A stretch of DNA of 64,000 nt from Octopus sinensis (lineage: Eukaryota), in the NCBI RefSeq assembly GCF_006345805.1, contig NC_043002.1, positions 108,252,001-108,316,000 on the forward strand, given 5' to 3'. Numbering within the stretch: the stretch's first letter is position 1; the number at the start of each line of letters is the position of its first letter. The translations under genes were made by a program, and so were the position numbers. Of the stretch, positions 1 to 13,210 are shown in pieces. A model generated the notes under the pieces. The model was given only the letters and a program-made list of their open reading frames with translations. It was not told the origin of the DNA and did not search any database.

Positions 1-659
1 GGATTAGGGTGATTAGATTACTGTCGAGAAACCTAGCTGACTTGTTAGTAACAAGGATTATAGCTTGGAACAAGTGATATTACTTCAGCAGCACAACAAG
101 CCATTGAAGGAGTGTCTATGTGGTTGTTTGACCAGCTAGAAATAGCAGTTAAATCACCCACAAATAATATTGTGTCTAAGACATTAGATAATGCAGTCCT
201 AGATAAACAATGGATTAAACATGATGTGGTCACACAGTATGAAGACCCAAGATTATAAGTTAGCTCATTTGTCAGGGTTGAGTGGGGGCTAAAAAATAAT
301 CATGCTCCAACGGCATTTATATCTCAAAACATACTTCGTTATCTGATAACATCAAAAGTAGGTGTGCTTGAATATGTGAGTGTACTTCGTTTATGTCATT
401 GCTAGATTGGTGTCACCTTGGCCAAGCTTACACTCAGACAGTGTCAACATTAAAACAACTACAAGACAGCCATAAGAAATCATTCTCCAAGAAAACTGAT
501 GGTGGGGTTGGGGGAACTGGCAGAAAGTAAACAGTGATGTTTGGTTAAGTTCATATGCCATGGAGAGAAGCAAAACTGGGTGTTTTAGGAATGGTTTTTC
601 ATTCAGGAAAAAGGGAATTATGAACCTGAAAAAATTTGACCAATACTCTCTTTACCCTT

Positions 660-1030
660 ACTCTCTCTTATTTGTTTCAGTTATTTGACTGTGGCCATGC
701 TGGAGCACCACCCTTAGTCGAGCAAATCGACCCCAGGACTTATTCTTTGTAAGCCTAGTACTTATTCTATCGGTCTCCTTTACCGAATCGCTAAGTTACG
801 GGGATGTAAACACACCAGCATCGGTTGTCAAGTGATGATGGGCAGACAAACACAGACACACAAGCATATACACACACATACATATATATACATACGACAG
901 GCTTCTTTCAGTTTCCGTCTACCAAATCCACTCACAAGGCTTTGGTCAGCCCGAGGCTATAGTAGAAGACACTTGCCCAAGGCGCAGTGGGACTGAACCC
1001 AGAGCCATGTGGTTGGTAAGCAAGCTACTT
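660..1030 (-). mobile_element. tRNA-derived SINE, family A (CORE-like central domain, internal (TA)n(TG)n, GTAAAAGAG tail)
   Basis: Reverse complement of the family starting GGAGTGGCTGTGTGGTAAGTAGCTTGCTTACCAACCACATGGTTCCGGGTTCAGTCCC (A/B-box-like), followed by CACCTTGGGCAAGTGTC, which resembles the CORE-SINE motif. More than a dozen copies are in the window. Confidence 0.85.
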
Positions 1031-1584
1031 ACCATACAGCCACTCCTGTGTCTATACTAAAGTGAAATAAATAAATAAATACAGGTGGTCAAAATTGACA
1101 ACAATATTTTACTGGTGTTATTTATTTTATCAACCTTGAGGAATATGGAAGCAAACTTAACTTCCTAAATTGAACTTGGATGTATATCAATAATCTAGTT
1201 AAACTCTACAGAATTTCATTGAATGAATATTCTAAGACTAGAAGGAATACTAATTTAAGCATAAAGCTTTCTGTTTATAGAAAGATGAAATGGAATTGTG
1301 AGACAATCATGCCTTTCCCAAAGACATTGTGAATGCAAAGAGACATGAAATAAGAACAAATGAAATTTGAAATCTATTCTCAAAGTCATCTTCCTAACAG
1401 CTTCTTTCTCAGTTACAACATGAAATACAAAATTGTCTTAAACTGATAAAAAGGTTACAAATATACAGGAGAGAAAATGATGGAATTCATACTTTTCTCA
1501 AAGACATGGTTTTGGAAACAAACTGAAATGTCCGTAGCTTGGAATCAAAATTGAGTAAAACTGTTACTGCAAGAAATCTGCTGG

Positions 1585-2110
1585 TGAAAGTGACCCAGGA
1601 ATTATTGTCAACAATGATCTGTTTTGAAGAATCCACATTTCTAAAATCATTAAAAATGCCCAAGGTGTCTCAGCATCACTAAAATCTTTATCAACTACTA
1701 ACCAACAGCTGTCTATTTAAAGTTATATTTGACACTACGATATGTCTACACAAATTGCATTTTTTCTCTGGAACCCCTATCTTGCTCCCATCATGTCCAC
1801 CAATATCAATTAACTTGAAGCTGTTCAGAGATGTGCAACCAGACAAATATCTTCTGTCAGTCACCATATCCTGAACGTATTGCTTCTCTAGGCATCAATA
1901 CACTAAAGTTTCAGCATTGAGCAACTGACTTGGAAGAAGCACACAAGATTATCCACCATCTTTCCAATAACAGCTTTGGCCCTCATTTTGAATTCAACAG
2001 CTCTACCACTCTTGCACAGGTGTATAAAATTAACAAAAAACAGCAAAACACCCAAGACTTTCAGAGACATTTTTTCACACTTGGAATTAATAAACCATAG
2101 AACAAACTAC
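1585..2110 (+). pseudogene. Decayed CR1/L2-group LINE, RT C-terminal region
   Basis: Manual translation gives DPGIIVNNDL (about 1592), then LEAVQRCATRQISSVSH and YPERIASLGINTLKFQH*ATDLEEAHKIIH. These resemble the CR1-type DLGVxVDxxL and LExVQRRATK...YEERL..LGL..L..RR...DL...YKII motifs. Stops and frameshifts are present. Confidence 0.75.
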
Positions 2111-2369
2111 CCACATCAGTTGTTAGTTGTCAGGACACTGCATCCTTCAAAGATTCCATGCTTCCTGAAGTTCACCAACTTTATTCCTGACAAACAAACT
2201 TAAGCACCCTTTCCTCTTTAAGACTCTTTTAATGTTCCCTATTCTGTGTAATGTGCAGGTATTTCTAGCTTTCATCACTGTCTTTTGTTAATTATGTCTG
2301 CTTTCTGTTTCCTCTTTTTACCTTTTCTAATGAGTTGTGGTGCACCTGAACACTGCATACAATAAGCTC

Positions 2370-2400
<31 letters not shown>

Positions 2401-2411
2401 TTGTTATTGTA

Positions 2412-2830
2412 GGTGGCGAGCTGGCAGAATCATTAGCATGCCAGGCAAAATGCTTAGCAGTATTTCGTCTGCTGCTAAGTTCTGAGTTCAAATTCCACTG
2501 AGGTCAATTTTCATCCTTTCGTGGGTCGATAAATTAAGTACGAGTCAAGTACTGGGGGTCGATGTGATCAATTGTCCCCCTCCCCACAAAAATCCAGGCC
2601 TTGTGCCTATAGTAGAAAGGATTATTATTATTATTATTATTATTATTAAGCTGGCAGAATTCTTAGCACACTGAACAAAGTGGTTAGCAGCATTTCATCC
2701 ATCTTTATGTTCTGAGTTCAAATTCCATCAAGGTTGATTTTACCTTTCATCCTTTCAATGTCAATAAAATAAGTACCAGGTGAGTACTGGGGTCGATGTA
2801 ATTGACTATCTCCTCCCCCAAATTTCAGGC
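2412..2830 (+). mobile_element. Two tRNA-derived SINEs, family B (Nin/Deu-like central domain)
   Basis: GGCGAGCTGGCAGAA...GAGTTCAAATTCC head followed by TTTCATCCTTTCGGGGTCGATAAATTAAGTACCAG, which resembles the Nin/Deu SINE domain. (ATT)n tails. Confidence 0.8.
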
Positions 2831-2891
2831 ATATTATTATTATTATCATGATCATAATCACAAAACAATCTAATTCCATGATACAGCACGG

Positions 2892-2947
2892 AATTTTGTC
2901 AGTGAACAGGTCACGGTCTCAAAGTGACGAAAATATTTTAGCAAATT
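2892..2947 (+). ncRNA. Minimal type I hammerhead-like motif with G3:C8 core, in a Penelope-like repeat
   Basis: Core GTGAACA (2902-2908), extra G, helix II GTCAC/GTGAC, GAA, palindromic helix III AATATT, H17=U. Helix I is AATTTTGTCA with TAGCAAATT (imperfect). A second family copy lies at 23521-23566 (-). Confidence 0.55.
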
Positions 2948-3560
2948 AAATTTAAATGTTGAAGTGAATCTAACAGTTTTTGTGTGTGTTTCTTAAATGG
3001 CTTATAAACACCTTCCATGCTGCAATCTAATTTTGTTATCCTTTATATAAATTTTATTCACTTTTAAACCAATTAAATTTGGTTCACAACCAATAAGCTT
3101 ACTAAAAGAAAAATTTTCCATAGAAATAGAAACTCAGTAAAAGTCAAGAATAAATTACATTCATGTTTTTTTGTTTTTTTCTACACGCAGAAAAATAACA
3201 GCATAAAATGCGTGATATATGGTGTTGTAATCAAATTATATGTATGGTATGTAGAATTGCAGTATTCTATAGATTTCCAAATTTTTTAAATGAGATAATG
3301 AAATATAATCCATCAGAATGGGAATTAAGAAAACACTTGTCTGTCATCATTAAATAAAAGTTATTTAAAGTCTAATGAAAGATGAATAAATACACAGAAA
3401 CTTCTTCCAACATAAAAGAGATTCCCAAATATTTGTTTGTAGCTCAAATGGTAATGAAACTATCTTAAAATTCTGTTATATTTTTCATTAGATAATTAGA
3501 ACCTGTCATGGGTCTCCAAGTCAACCCTGATCCATGACACTTATCTTCAAAGGCATTTAA

Positions 3561-3769
3561 CCCTTTAGCATTTAAACTAACCATATCTGGCCCCAAATAT
3601 TTTGCCTGTTTTATGTCCAAACTGGCCAGATCTAGCCTCTCACACCTGCCCTACAAAATGAAAAGCTACATCTTTGAAATCCGAAAGCTACGCAATAATA
3701 CATGATTATATCGAAGCAGTGTGAATAAATAAGCATTTCATTTGATAAAATGATCTGAATTGTAAAGGG
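3561..3769. mobile_element. piggyBac-like MITE
   Basis: TTAA|CCCTTTAGCA ... TGTAAAGGG|TTAA, giving short TIRs and a TTAA TSD. A related partial copy is near 15163. Confidence 0.75.
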
Positions 3770-4559
3770 TTAACTCATACCCTCCCCACCTATGCATACA
3801 CACGCCTTTTTTTTTTATCAGTCACAGTGTATCTACAATTAGAACCACTGATATTTCCTTCCTTTTGTAAGAAAAGTAGGATATGATGAAGCGGTTTGGT
3901 TAGTATTTCTTTTTTTTCTCAGGACAAGTGACTATGAAAGATTACTTAGTGGTTTGTTACAATCCTCGATGCAGCTGCCCAAGAGATCAGACGGATAGGG
4001 GAAAGGGAAGTAAAACGTTAAGGGGGAGAGTATGAGGAAACTTTAATCTCCTCCAGATAATGCTGAAGTGCTCAATTCACAAAAGTAACCCCATCAAAAA
4101 TGACCTGAACAATTTTACAGTTGTTGTAGATGATAGGGAACAACACAAATGAGAGTAACACCTGACTGCTACGTTTCTAAGATGAGATATTGCAAGATTA
4201 AGAAAGATTAAAAAGGCTTTTAACCTCATTCCCCTTCATTCAGTGTTATCATTTAATATAGAGCTTTTCTTTTTAACATCTGCACCTTTCCTGGGGTTAA
4301 AAGACAGGCTGGCCATGTCATATACACCTTAGATCATGTGTCTGCTCAATAATCGAAACAAACTATAAATCGTCAGAGACAACCTAATTAAGAAGGGATC
4401 AGCAGAGCCTTTTAGATTTCTGTAGATTCACAACTGAAATATATTTGACAGGACTATGACCTAGGTGAGAGAAACGGCGGGGCCACATTTCCAAGTGTCA
4501 GAATTTAAGGTTCACAAATTCTAAGTTGACACAAAACATTTTTGTGGTGTGTGTCTAAG

Positions 4560-4607
<48 letters not shown>

Positions 4608-4815
4608 CTTTTCTACTCTAGGCACAAAGCCCAAAATTTTTGGGGAGGGGGTGCCAGTCGATTAGCTTGACCCCAGTACATAACTGGTACTTAATTTATC
4701 GACCCTGAAAGGATGAAAGGTAAAGTTGACCTCAGCAAAATTTGAATGTAAAGACAGACGAAATACAGCAAAACATTTCGCCTGGAGTGCTAAGATTTCT
4801 GCCAGCTCACCACCT
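4608..4815 (-). mobile_element. SINE family B
   Basis: Reverse complement of the family B consensus, flanked by (AAT)n. Confidence 0.8.
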
Positions 4816-5174
4816 TAATAATAATAATAATGATAATAATAATAAATGAAGAGTGTAGTTTATGGCTTAACATTTATTCTATGGATTACAATTGTTTCAT
4901 CATGTGCAGATGACCAATCAAACATCAAGTCAATAACAATTGGATAACAATTTAGTTGTTATGTAAAGCATATTTCATGATAGCACCAGCAGTCATTTAA
5001 TCATAACAGATTGGAGAAATAAAATACTGTATGTGTTTGTATGGGTGTAAAACAGTACAGCATGTGAAGGTTGTTGGTAGTATAACCAAACAAACCATAA
5101 AAGGAGAAATTAAAAGGCTGGTTAATTACTAACTAACCTTCATGATCAACAAGGAAAAGATAAATTCAGAAAAC

Positions 5175-5322
5175 TGTATGCACAAATTTACATAACTACC
5201 ACACACACTATACACATATACAGATATATACATACATATAAATATATATACACACATATATACACAAACATATATATACACATATACATTTATTTACACA
5301 CACATATATATAAACACACACG

Positions 5323-5354
<32 letters not shown>

Positions 5355-5555
5355 TATATATATATACACATATACATATGTTTACACATATATATTATAT
5401 ATATATATATACATATGTTTATATATATATACACAAATATATATATGTATATATACACATATACATGTGTATATATATACACATATATATACATGTATAT
5501 ATATATATATATACACATATATATGTGTGCGCGCGTGTATATATATATATATAGC
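5175..5555. repeat. Compound (TA)n/(CA)n microsatellite
   Basis: Direct reading. It produces the spurious YIYI ORFs. Confidence 0.95.
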
Positions 5556-5595
5556 ATGGGAAATGGACATTGAATGATGACAATGATGATGATGA

Positions 5596-5633
<38 letters not shown>

Positions 5634-5636
5634 TAT

Positions 5637-7460
5637 AAGAAGAAGATTTTCTTTTATACATAGTGATACTAATAATATATATAATTTTTAAATATTTATA
5701 AATTTCTAGCAAAAGATTTTTATCTGAAATCATGTGTTGAAACAAGAGAAAGAAAGAGTGTTGTGTTTTGGTAGAGTCACGTTTCTTTGTTATCTAATAA
5801 ACAAATAAACTGACTTCTCTCTTTAGTTCTTGTTATCATCAGGTTATTCTTTCATCTCCGTGACTCGTTTCCCAGTTTCTGCTGCAGCTGAGATACATTA
5901 GAAAGATTATGCCTCTACCGAAATACATTTTTTCAAACATTTTTTATTATACTATTAGGGCACAGGAGTGGCTGTGTGGTAAGTAGCTTGCTTATGAACC
6001 ACATGGTTCCGGATTCAGTCCCACCGCGTGGCACCTTGGGCAAATGTCTGGTGAGTGGATTTGGTAGACAGAAACTGAAAGAAACCCATCATGTGTGTGT
6101 TTCTGTCTGAGTTTGTCCCCCCAACATCACTTGACAACCAATGCTGGTGAGTTTACGTCCCCGTAACTTAGTGGTTCGGCAAAAGAGACCAATAGAATAA
6201 GTACTAGGCTTGCAAAGAATAAATTCTGGGGTCGATTTGTTCGACTAAAGGTGGTGCTCCAGCATGGCCACAGTCAAATGACTGAAACAAATAATAAAAG
6301 AATGTTATAAATTACTAGTTTTTCTTTCTTTTTCTTTTTCCTTGTGGGGGGGATATAATGCATTTTTGTAAACAGGAGTGGCTGTGTGGTAAGTAGCTTG
6401 CTTACCAACCACATGGTTCCGGGTTCAGTCCCACTGCGTGGCACTTTGGGCAAGTGTCTTCTACTATAGCCTCGGGCCGACCAAAGCCTTGTGAGTGGAT
6501 TTGGTAGACGGAAACTGAAAGAAGCCCGTCGTATATAATATATATATATATATAATATATATAAGAAGAAGATTTTCTTTTATACATAGTGATACTAATA
6601 ATATATATAATTTTTAAATATTTATAAATTTCTAGCAAAAGATTTTTATCTGAAATCATGTGTTGAAACAAGAGAAAGAAAGAGTGTTGTGTTTTGGTAG
6701 AGTCACGTTTCTTTGTTATCTAATAAACAAATAAACTGACTTCTCTCTTTAGTTCTTGTTATCATCAGGTTATTCTTTCATCTCCGTGACTCGTTTCCCA
6801 GTTTCTGCTGCAGCTGAGATACATTAGAAAGATTATGCCTCTACCGAAATACATTTTTTCAAACATTTTTTATTATACTATTAGGGCACAGGAGTGGCTG
6901 TGTGGTAAGTAGCTTGCTTATGAACCACATGGTTCCGGATTCAGTCCCACCGCGTGGCACCTTGGGCAAATGTCTGGTGAGTGGATTTGGTAGACAGAAA
7001 CTGAAAGAAACCCATCATGTGTGTGTTTCTGTCTGAGTTTGTCCCCCCAACATCACTTGACAACCAATGCTGGTGAGTTTACGTCCCCGTAACTTAGTGG
7101 TTCGGCAAAAGAGACCAATAGAATAAGTACTAGGCTTGCAAAGAATAAATTCTGGGGTCGATTTGTTCGACTAAAGGTGGTGCTCCAGCATGGCCACAGT
7201 CAAATGACTGAAACAAATAATAAAAGAATGTTATAAATTACTAGTTTTTCTTTCTTTTTCTTTTTCCTTGTGGGGGGGATATAATGCATTTTTGTAAACA
7301 GGAGTGGCTGTGTGGTAAGTAGCTTGCTTACCAACCACATGGTTCCGGGTTCAGTCCCACTGCGTGGCACTTTGGGCAAGTGTCTTCTACTATAGCCTCG
7401 GGCCGACCAAAGCCTTGTGAGTGGATTTGGTAGACGGAAACTGAAAGAAGCCCGTCGTAT
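5637..7460 (+). repeat. 926 bp tandem direct duplication containing SINE A copies
   Basis: AAGAAGAAGATTTT at 5637 and 6563, and CTGAAAGAAGCCCGTCG at 6515 and 7441, both give an offset of 926. The copies look identical by eye and the boundaries fall in (TA)n tracts. Confidence 0.92.
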
Positions 7461-7683
7461 ATATATATATATATATATACGTGTGTGTGTTTGTCCCCCC
7501 CTAGCATTGCTTGACAACCGATGCTGGTGTGTTTATGTCCCCGTTACTTACTGGTTCGGCAAAAGACACCAATAGAATAAGTACTGGGCTTACAAAAGAA
7601 TAAGTCCCGGGGTCGAGTTGCTCGATTAAAGGCGGTGCTCCAGCATGGCCGCAGTCAAATGACTGAAACAAGTAAAAGAGTAA
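7300..7683 (+). mobile_element. SINE family A, full length
   Basis: Complete head, central (TA)(TG) tract and GTAAAAGAG tail. Confidence 0.85.
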
Positions 7684-7777
7684 TAGTGTCTTTGGATGGA
7701 GGCTTCCAAGTAGTCAAATTCTGATGCAGTACACTCCCAATGGTGAGAGTGACAAAAGAATGTCCAAGCATCTCGGG

Positions 7778-9720
7778 TAGAGTAAACACCACAAGGTATT
7801 TTCGTTCACCTCACCAGTTGATAAGCCATTTCTCATCAATGGCAGGAATGTCCTCAGTGACTTGACATGGAAAGAACCAGGATGCCTACCCCCCCCCACT
7901 CCATACCCCTTTCTAGTAGAATCAGACTGTGCTTTCATTAACATCATTATGACAAGCCTCGTTAAACAACAGCCAGTAATACAACATCATCATCATCAGC
8001 ATAAACTGATGAGACTACTACCACTACCACTACTACTACTACTATTATTAACACAGCTGTAAAATGTCTCTTCAAACAAACCCCTGCCACTTCAAGTGGG
8101 GGCTGATCAGTTTATTTCAACTGTTAATCCCTAGAAATAACATTCTTTCAAAACACAGAATGGATTTGTCAAAGAAACAAAAGTAAACAAGATGATGCTT
8201 TGATAAAAGTTTGACCAGACACAACATTAGATTTATCTAATTTATTTCTATATTGCAATTTGGAAATAATAACAACATTTAATGCATGTTCTTGAATGGA
8301 CTACCACCTGTTAATTAGATTTTCGAAGGTGAAAGTGATGGGGGAAGTGTCTTGAATTCCAGCATTTCCAAAGCACTGTTTTTTTTGTTTTCACACACAC
8401 ACACATGCATGTGAGGGCTGATCAATAAGTATCCGGACTGTTACCATAGTTGCAATACTAAAGTATGCAGAGTGAAGCCACTTGGCACAGACTGACCTTG
8501 AACTCTGCTGTGCATATGGCCCAAGTTTTAACATTCTAGCTCACTTCCGCTGTTTACAGCAGTGCTTGAAAGGAAGGTGTGTAGCGTGTGATTGTCACAT
8601 TAACTACGACAGAGAAAGTTGAGCAGAGAATCTGCATCAAATTTTGTCAAAAGCTTGGCGATACCTGCTCAGAGGCATATGCAAAGTTTCCAAAAAGTTT
8701 TTCTTGTTCTCGACACAATATAGGAGATTTTGTGCAATTGAAACCCAAGTGTCTTTTTGGTCAGCTGAAAGCAGTTTTGGCACAAACTCGGCAGACACGC
8801 ACCTCATACCTAAATCTTCAGTGATAATGGACTGACCTGAACCGTAACTAATCTGCATATCCTCTGATAACTCATGGATGGTGATTCAATGATTTTCCCC
8901 TCAGCTGCAATGTTGTTCTCAGTCCTGCTGGTTGTGGATCTCCCAGAACACTTGTCACTATTGACAATTTTTCAGCCAACTTGGAAACATCTGAACCACT
9001 CATATACTTGTGTGCAGTTCATACACTCCTCTCAATATACTTTCTGCAACTTTGCATAGGCCACTGAGCAGGTATCACCATGACAGCTTTCTCTGTCGTG
9101 GTCAGTGCAACAATCACAAGCTACACACGTTCCTTCTGAGAATTGCTGTAAACAGCAGAAGTGAGCTAGAATGTTAAAACTTAGTGCACATGCACATCAG
9201 AGGTCAAGGTCAATCTGTGATGAGTGGCTTCACTCTGTGCTTTAGCTTCATTACTATAGCAACAGTCTGAATACTTATTTATCAGCCCTCATATGGTCCA
9301 AACATACAAAACCCAAAAAACAGAAGACAGGTGAGATGTACAAGTGATGTACAGGTGAGATGTACAAGTTTGGCATAAAGACCAATGGATTTGGAATAGT
9401 GTCTCTTGAAATACACCAATTTGAGAGCCTTCCCTACCAGTCTTACCATCGAAAATCTAATTAACCAGTGCCGATCCATTCAAGAACATGCTTTTAATGT
9501 TGTTATTATTCCCAAATTGCAATATAAAAAAATGACTCAAACTCTTATCAAACAGTCTCTTGTTTGCTTTTTGTTTCTTTAACAAATCCATTCGTGTTTT
9601 GGATGTTATTTCTAGGGATTAACAGTTGAAATAAACTGATTAGCCCCCACTTGAAATGGCAGGGGTTTGTTTGAAGAGACATTTTACAGCTGTGTTGTTG
9701 TTAATAATAATAATAATAAT

Positions 9721-9754
<34 letters not shown>

Positions 9755-10060
9755 TAATAATAATAATAATAATAATAATAGTAATAATAATAATAATAAC
9801 AATAATAATAATAATAATAGCAGTAGTAGTAGTAGTCTCATCAATTTATGCTGATGACGATGATGATGTATTACTGACTGTTGTTTAATGAGGCTTGTAA
9901 TAATGAAAGTACAGTGTGACTCTACAAGCAAGGGATACAGGGTGGGGAGGTGTTCCGGTTCTTTTCATGTCAAGTCAGTGAGGACATTTTTGTTAATGGT
10001 GAGAAACTGCTGATCAGTTGGTCAACTGAATGACAATACCTTGTGGTGGTTACTCTGACT
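7778..10060. repeat. Large imperfect inverted duplication (arms about 7778-8688 and 9048-10060)
   Basis: The arms match as reverse complements, e.g. ACAGCTGTAAAATGTCTCTTCAAACAAACCCCTGCCA versus TGGCAGGGGTTTGTTTGAAGAGACATTTTACAGCTGT. ORFs 7862-8062(+) and 9701-9931(-) encode the same peptide. Confidence 0.9.
8412..9291 (-). mobile_element. Mariner (Tc1/mariner) transposon 5' part, rearranged
   Basis: TIR GAGGGCTGATCAATAAGTATCCGGACTG at both ends. Peptides VEQRICIKFCQKLG (+), and VYEWFRCF...SGRSTTSRTENNI and EDLGMRCVSAEFVPKLL (-), match the mariner N-terminal HTH region and the WVP-equivalent motif. Confidence 0.88.
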
Positions 10061-11644
10061 ATGCTCTGGTCTAGACTATAAAATAGTCAGCTATTGTTAC
10101 CGTGGTGGTGGTGGTGGTGGTAGTGGTGTACACCTACACACAAGCAACCAGTTAAATGTTTAGAAAGCCACCTGGATCTTCCACCTTGGATATATACTGC
10201 AGACAAATGACAGAGCTGCTACAAGGTAGGTCAACCAGCTTAGAAATAACAGCCAAATCTATTTGAAATTATGCCAGTACCAAGTTTCAATCTCTGTGTT
10301 GATACAGTTTCTATGGCTGAACGGCCTTCCTAACACCAACCCCTTCACAGTGCCGTGATGCTTTTTAAGTGGCACCAACATTAGAAAGGTCACCGTGTAA
10401 CTCACAAGATCCTTCAACCGGGACAGGAGATGTAGTGGTTCAGTTGCAATGATTGATTAGCTAGTGTTGTGTTGTAGACTGGGTTTCACCATAGATGGAT
10501 GGAGTGGAGGAGTTAAACAACAATGAAAAAGATGAGCCCATCTTTCGTTACATCATTAACAATCTATTAATAATAATAACAATAGGGCTGACATTTGGGG
10601 GAGACGGCAGTAAATCAACCCCAGTAGTTGACTGGTATTTCTTTTATCAACCCAGAAAGAGAGAAAGGCCAAGTCTACTTCAGTGACATTTGAATTAAGA
10701 ACATAACACTAGAATAAATACTGCTAAGCATTTTCTCCAACACGCTAACAATTTTGCCTGCTTCCTGCCATAATGATGATAATAATAATTGTTTCTAATT
10801 TTGGTAGAAGGTTGCGAATTTGAAGGAGAGGGAACAAGTCGATTCCATCGACCCTTGTACTTGACTGGTACTTTATTCTATCAGCTCTGAAAGGATGAAA
10901 GGTAAAGTTGACCTTGAAGGAATTGGAACTCCTTGAAGGAGTTGGAAAAATCATCATAAAATATTTTTCTAACATGTTAACAATTCTGCCTACTCACCAC
11001 CTAACAATAATAACAATAATAATAATAATAATAATTATTATTATTATTATTGAGTGAGAGAGTAGTGCATACCATCAAAGTGACACTGGGGTAAAATATA
11101 CGAAGTCCAGTCTGATAAGGGTACTGCCCGTCTGATAAGGGTACACTAGGCACATGCATCACAACCATATGTGCACGACATGGTGATCTCATAAAAAGAT
11201 AAACAGCACATGACCTTGCAGGTGGGGCCCAGTTAGAATTTTCTTCTGGTCAAGTAACCCATCCCGCTCAAAAGGTCCCTAAATAAGGGTTGTTTAAGGA
11301 TGTTGAACGAAACACCCATGTTTCCAAAGGTGAATTATTCAAACCCCAAAGAATTCCTCTTGACACATGGCTATGATGCTCTCTTGCTATTCTTGCTCGT
11401 GATCAGAGATGCACATATCATCAGCCACTAAAGGATATGGTCAACTGGTTAAGGTCAAACAACTGACAAGCAAATCTGTGGTATTGAGCAGAATATTTGC
11501 TGTAGCCCATCTTTTATACCAAGACAAAACAATGTACATGATAACACTTCCAATCAATTAAGATCAGAAGCCACAAGAGCCACTGCCTGGTATTGCATCA
11601 GGTCATTTATTATTATTATTATCATTATTATTAATATTATTATT

Positions 11645-12245
11645 ATTCATCGTTTAACATCCGCTTTCCATGCTAGCATGGGTTGGACGATTTGACTGAG
11701 GTCTGGCGAACCAGATGGCTGCACCAGGCTCCAATCTGATCTGGCAGAGTTTCTACAGCTGGATGCCCTTGCTAACACCAACCACTCCAAGAGTGTAGTG
11801 GATGCTTTTACGTGCCACCGGCACAAGGGCCAGTCAGGTGGTATTGGCAACAGCGAGAAGGCAGTGAGCTGACAGAACCGTTAGCGCGCCAGGCGAAATG
11901 CTTAGCGGTATTTTGTCTGCCGTTACGTTGTGAGTTCAAATTCCGCCGAGGTCGACTTTACCTTTCATCTTTTCGGGGTCGATAAATTAGGTACCAGTTA
12001 CGCACTGGGGTCGATGTAATCGACTTAATACCTATGTCTGTCTTTGTTTGTCCCCTCTATGTTTAGCCCCTTGTGGGTAGTAAAGAAATAGGTATTGGCA
12101 ACAGCCACGCTCAAATGGTGCTTTTTATGTGCCACCTGCACAGGAGCCAGTCCAGCGGCACTGGCAACGACCTCGTTTGAATATTTTCTCACGTGCCACC
12201 AGCACAAGTGCCAGTAAGGTGACGCAGGTAACAATCACGCTCCTT
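11645..12245 (-). mobile_element. RTE 3' UTR fragment interrupted by a SINE B insertion (11862-12090)
   Basis: CATCGTTTAACATCCGCTTTCCATGCTAGCATGG is the reverse of the RTE 3' end at 61.3 kb. The SINE is flanked by the 15 bp TSD GGTATTGGCAACAGC (11840-11854 and 12091-12105). Confidence 0.85.
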
Positions 12246-12807
12246 ACTGGCACTTATTATTATCATTATTATTTCAAATCTTTGCTACAAGGGCAGTTTG
12301 GTGGAGTTATGTGTCACTCTAGGACATATAGCAATAACAGTAATTCTGTCCCTAGTAACAGATTTGACTTCAAAGGTGCATAGCCTGTTAGTTACTTTCA
12401 CTATTTGATCAGTTCGTCTTTACAGTTCAGTATTATATGAAAATGAGATTAAAACAGGCAAATAACCTTCACTAACCAACACTGTACAAATCACAAGCCT
12501 ACAGAATATAAAAAGTGTCATCCACCTGTTGTTACTCCTTTGACCACAACATTCTGTACAATGATGTCCATACCTACTTATGTCATTCCACATGTGGTTC
12601 ATTTGATAATATCATTACTTTATCACCTTCCTTCCCAATACAAGAAGAGCCTGGTGGAACTCTCTCCTAGCTCACATTTCCCAACAGACATCAACACAGA
12701 AGTATGAACTGGACGTCAACAACTTTGCTAGTTTGTGTAGTGGTGGGGAGAGAGAGTTATGGACACTGCACCTACTCCTCAAAATAATACACAACTTTAA
12801 TCGTATC

Positions 12808-12970
12808 AGGGAGTGGGTGTGTGGTAAGTAGCTTACTTACAAACCATATGGTTCCGGGTTCAATCTCACTGCATGGCACCTTGGGCAAGTGTCTTCTACT
12901 AGAGCCTCAGGCCAACCAAAGCCTTGTAAGTGGATTTGGTAGACGGAAACTGAAAGAAGCCCATCATATG

Positions 12971-13001
<31 letters not shown>

Positions 13002-13210
13002 ATGTTTGTGTGTCTGTGTTTGTCCCCACAACATCGCTTGACAACCGATGCTGGTGTGTTTACGTCCTCGTAACTTAGCGGTTCGGCAAAAGAGACCGAT
13101 AGAATAAGTACTAGGCTTACAAAGAATAAGTCCTGGGATCGATGTGCTCGACTAAAGGCGGTGCTCCAGCATGGCCACAGTCAAATGACTGAAACAAGTA
13201 AAAGAGTAAT
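12808..13210 (+). mobile_element. SINE family A
   Basis: Matches the family A consensus along its whole length. Confidence 0.85.

Noticed and set aside
5765-5850. CTGATGA ... GAAACGT on the minus strand
   Set aside because: There is no helix II or helix I pairing, and position 17 would be G.
8000-8030. CTGATGAG motif
   Set aside because: It is followed by a (CTA)n repeat, with no helix II or GAAA.
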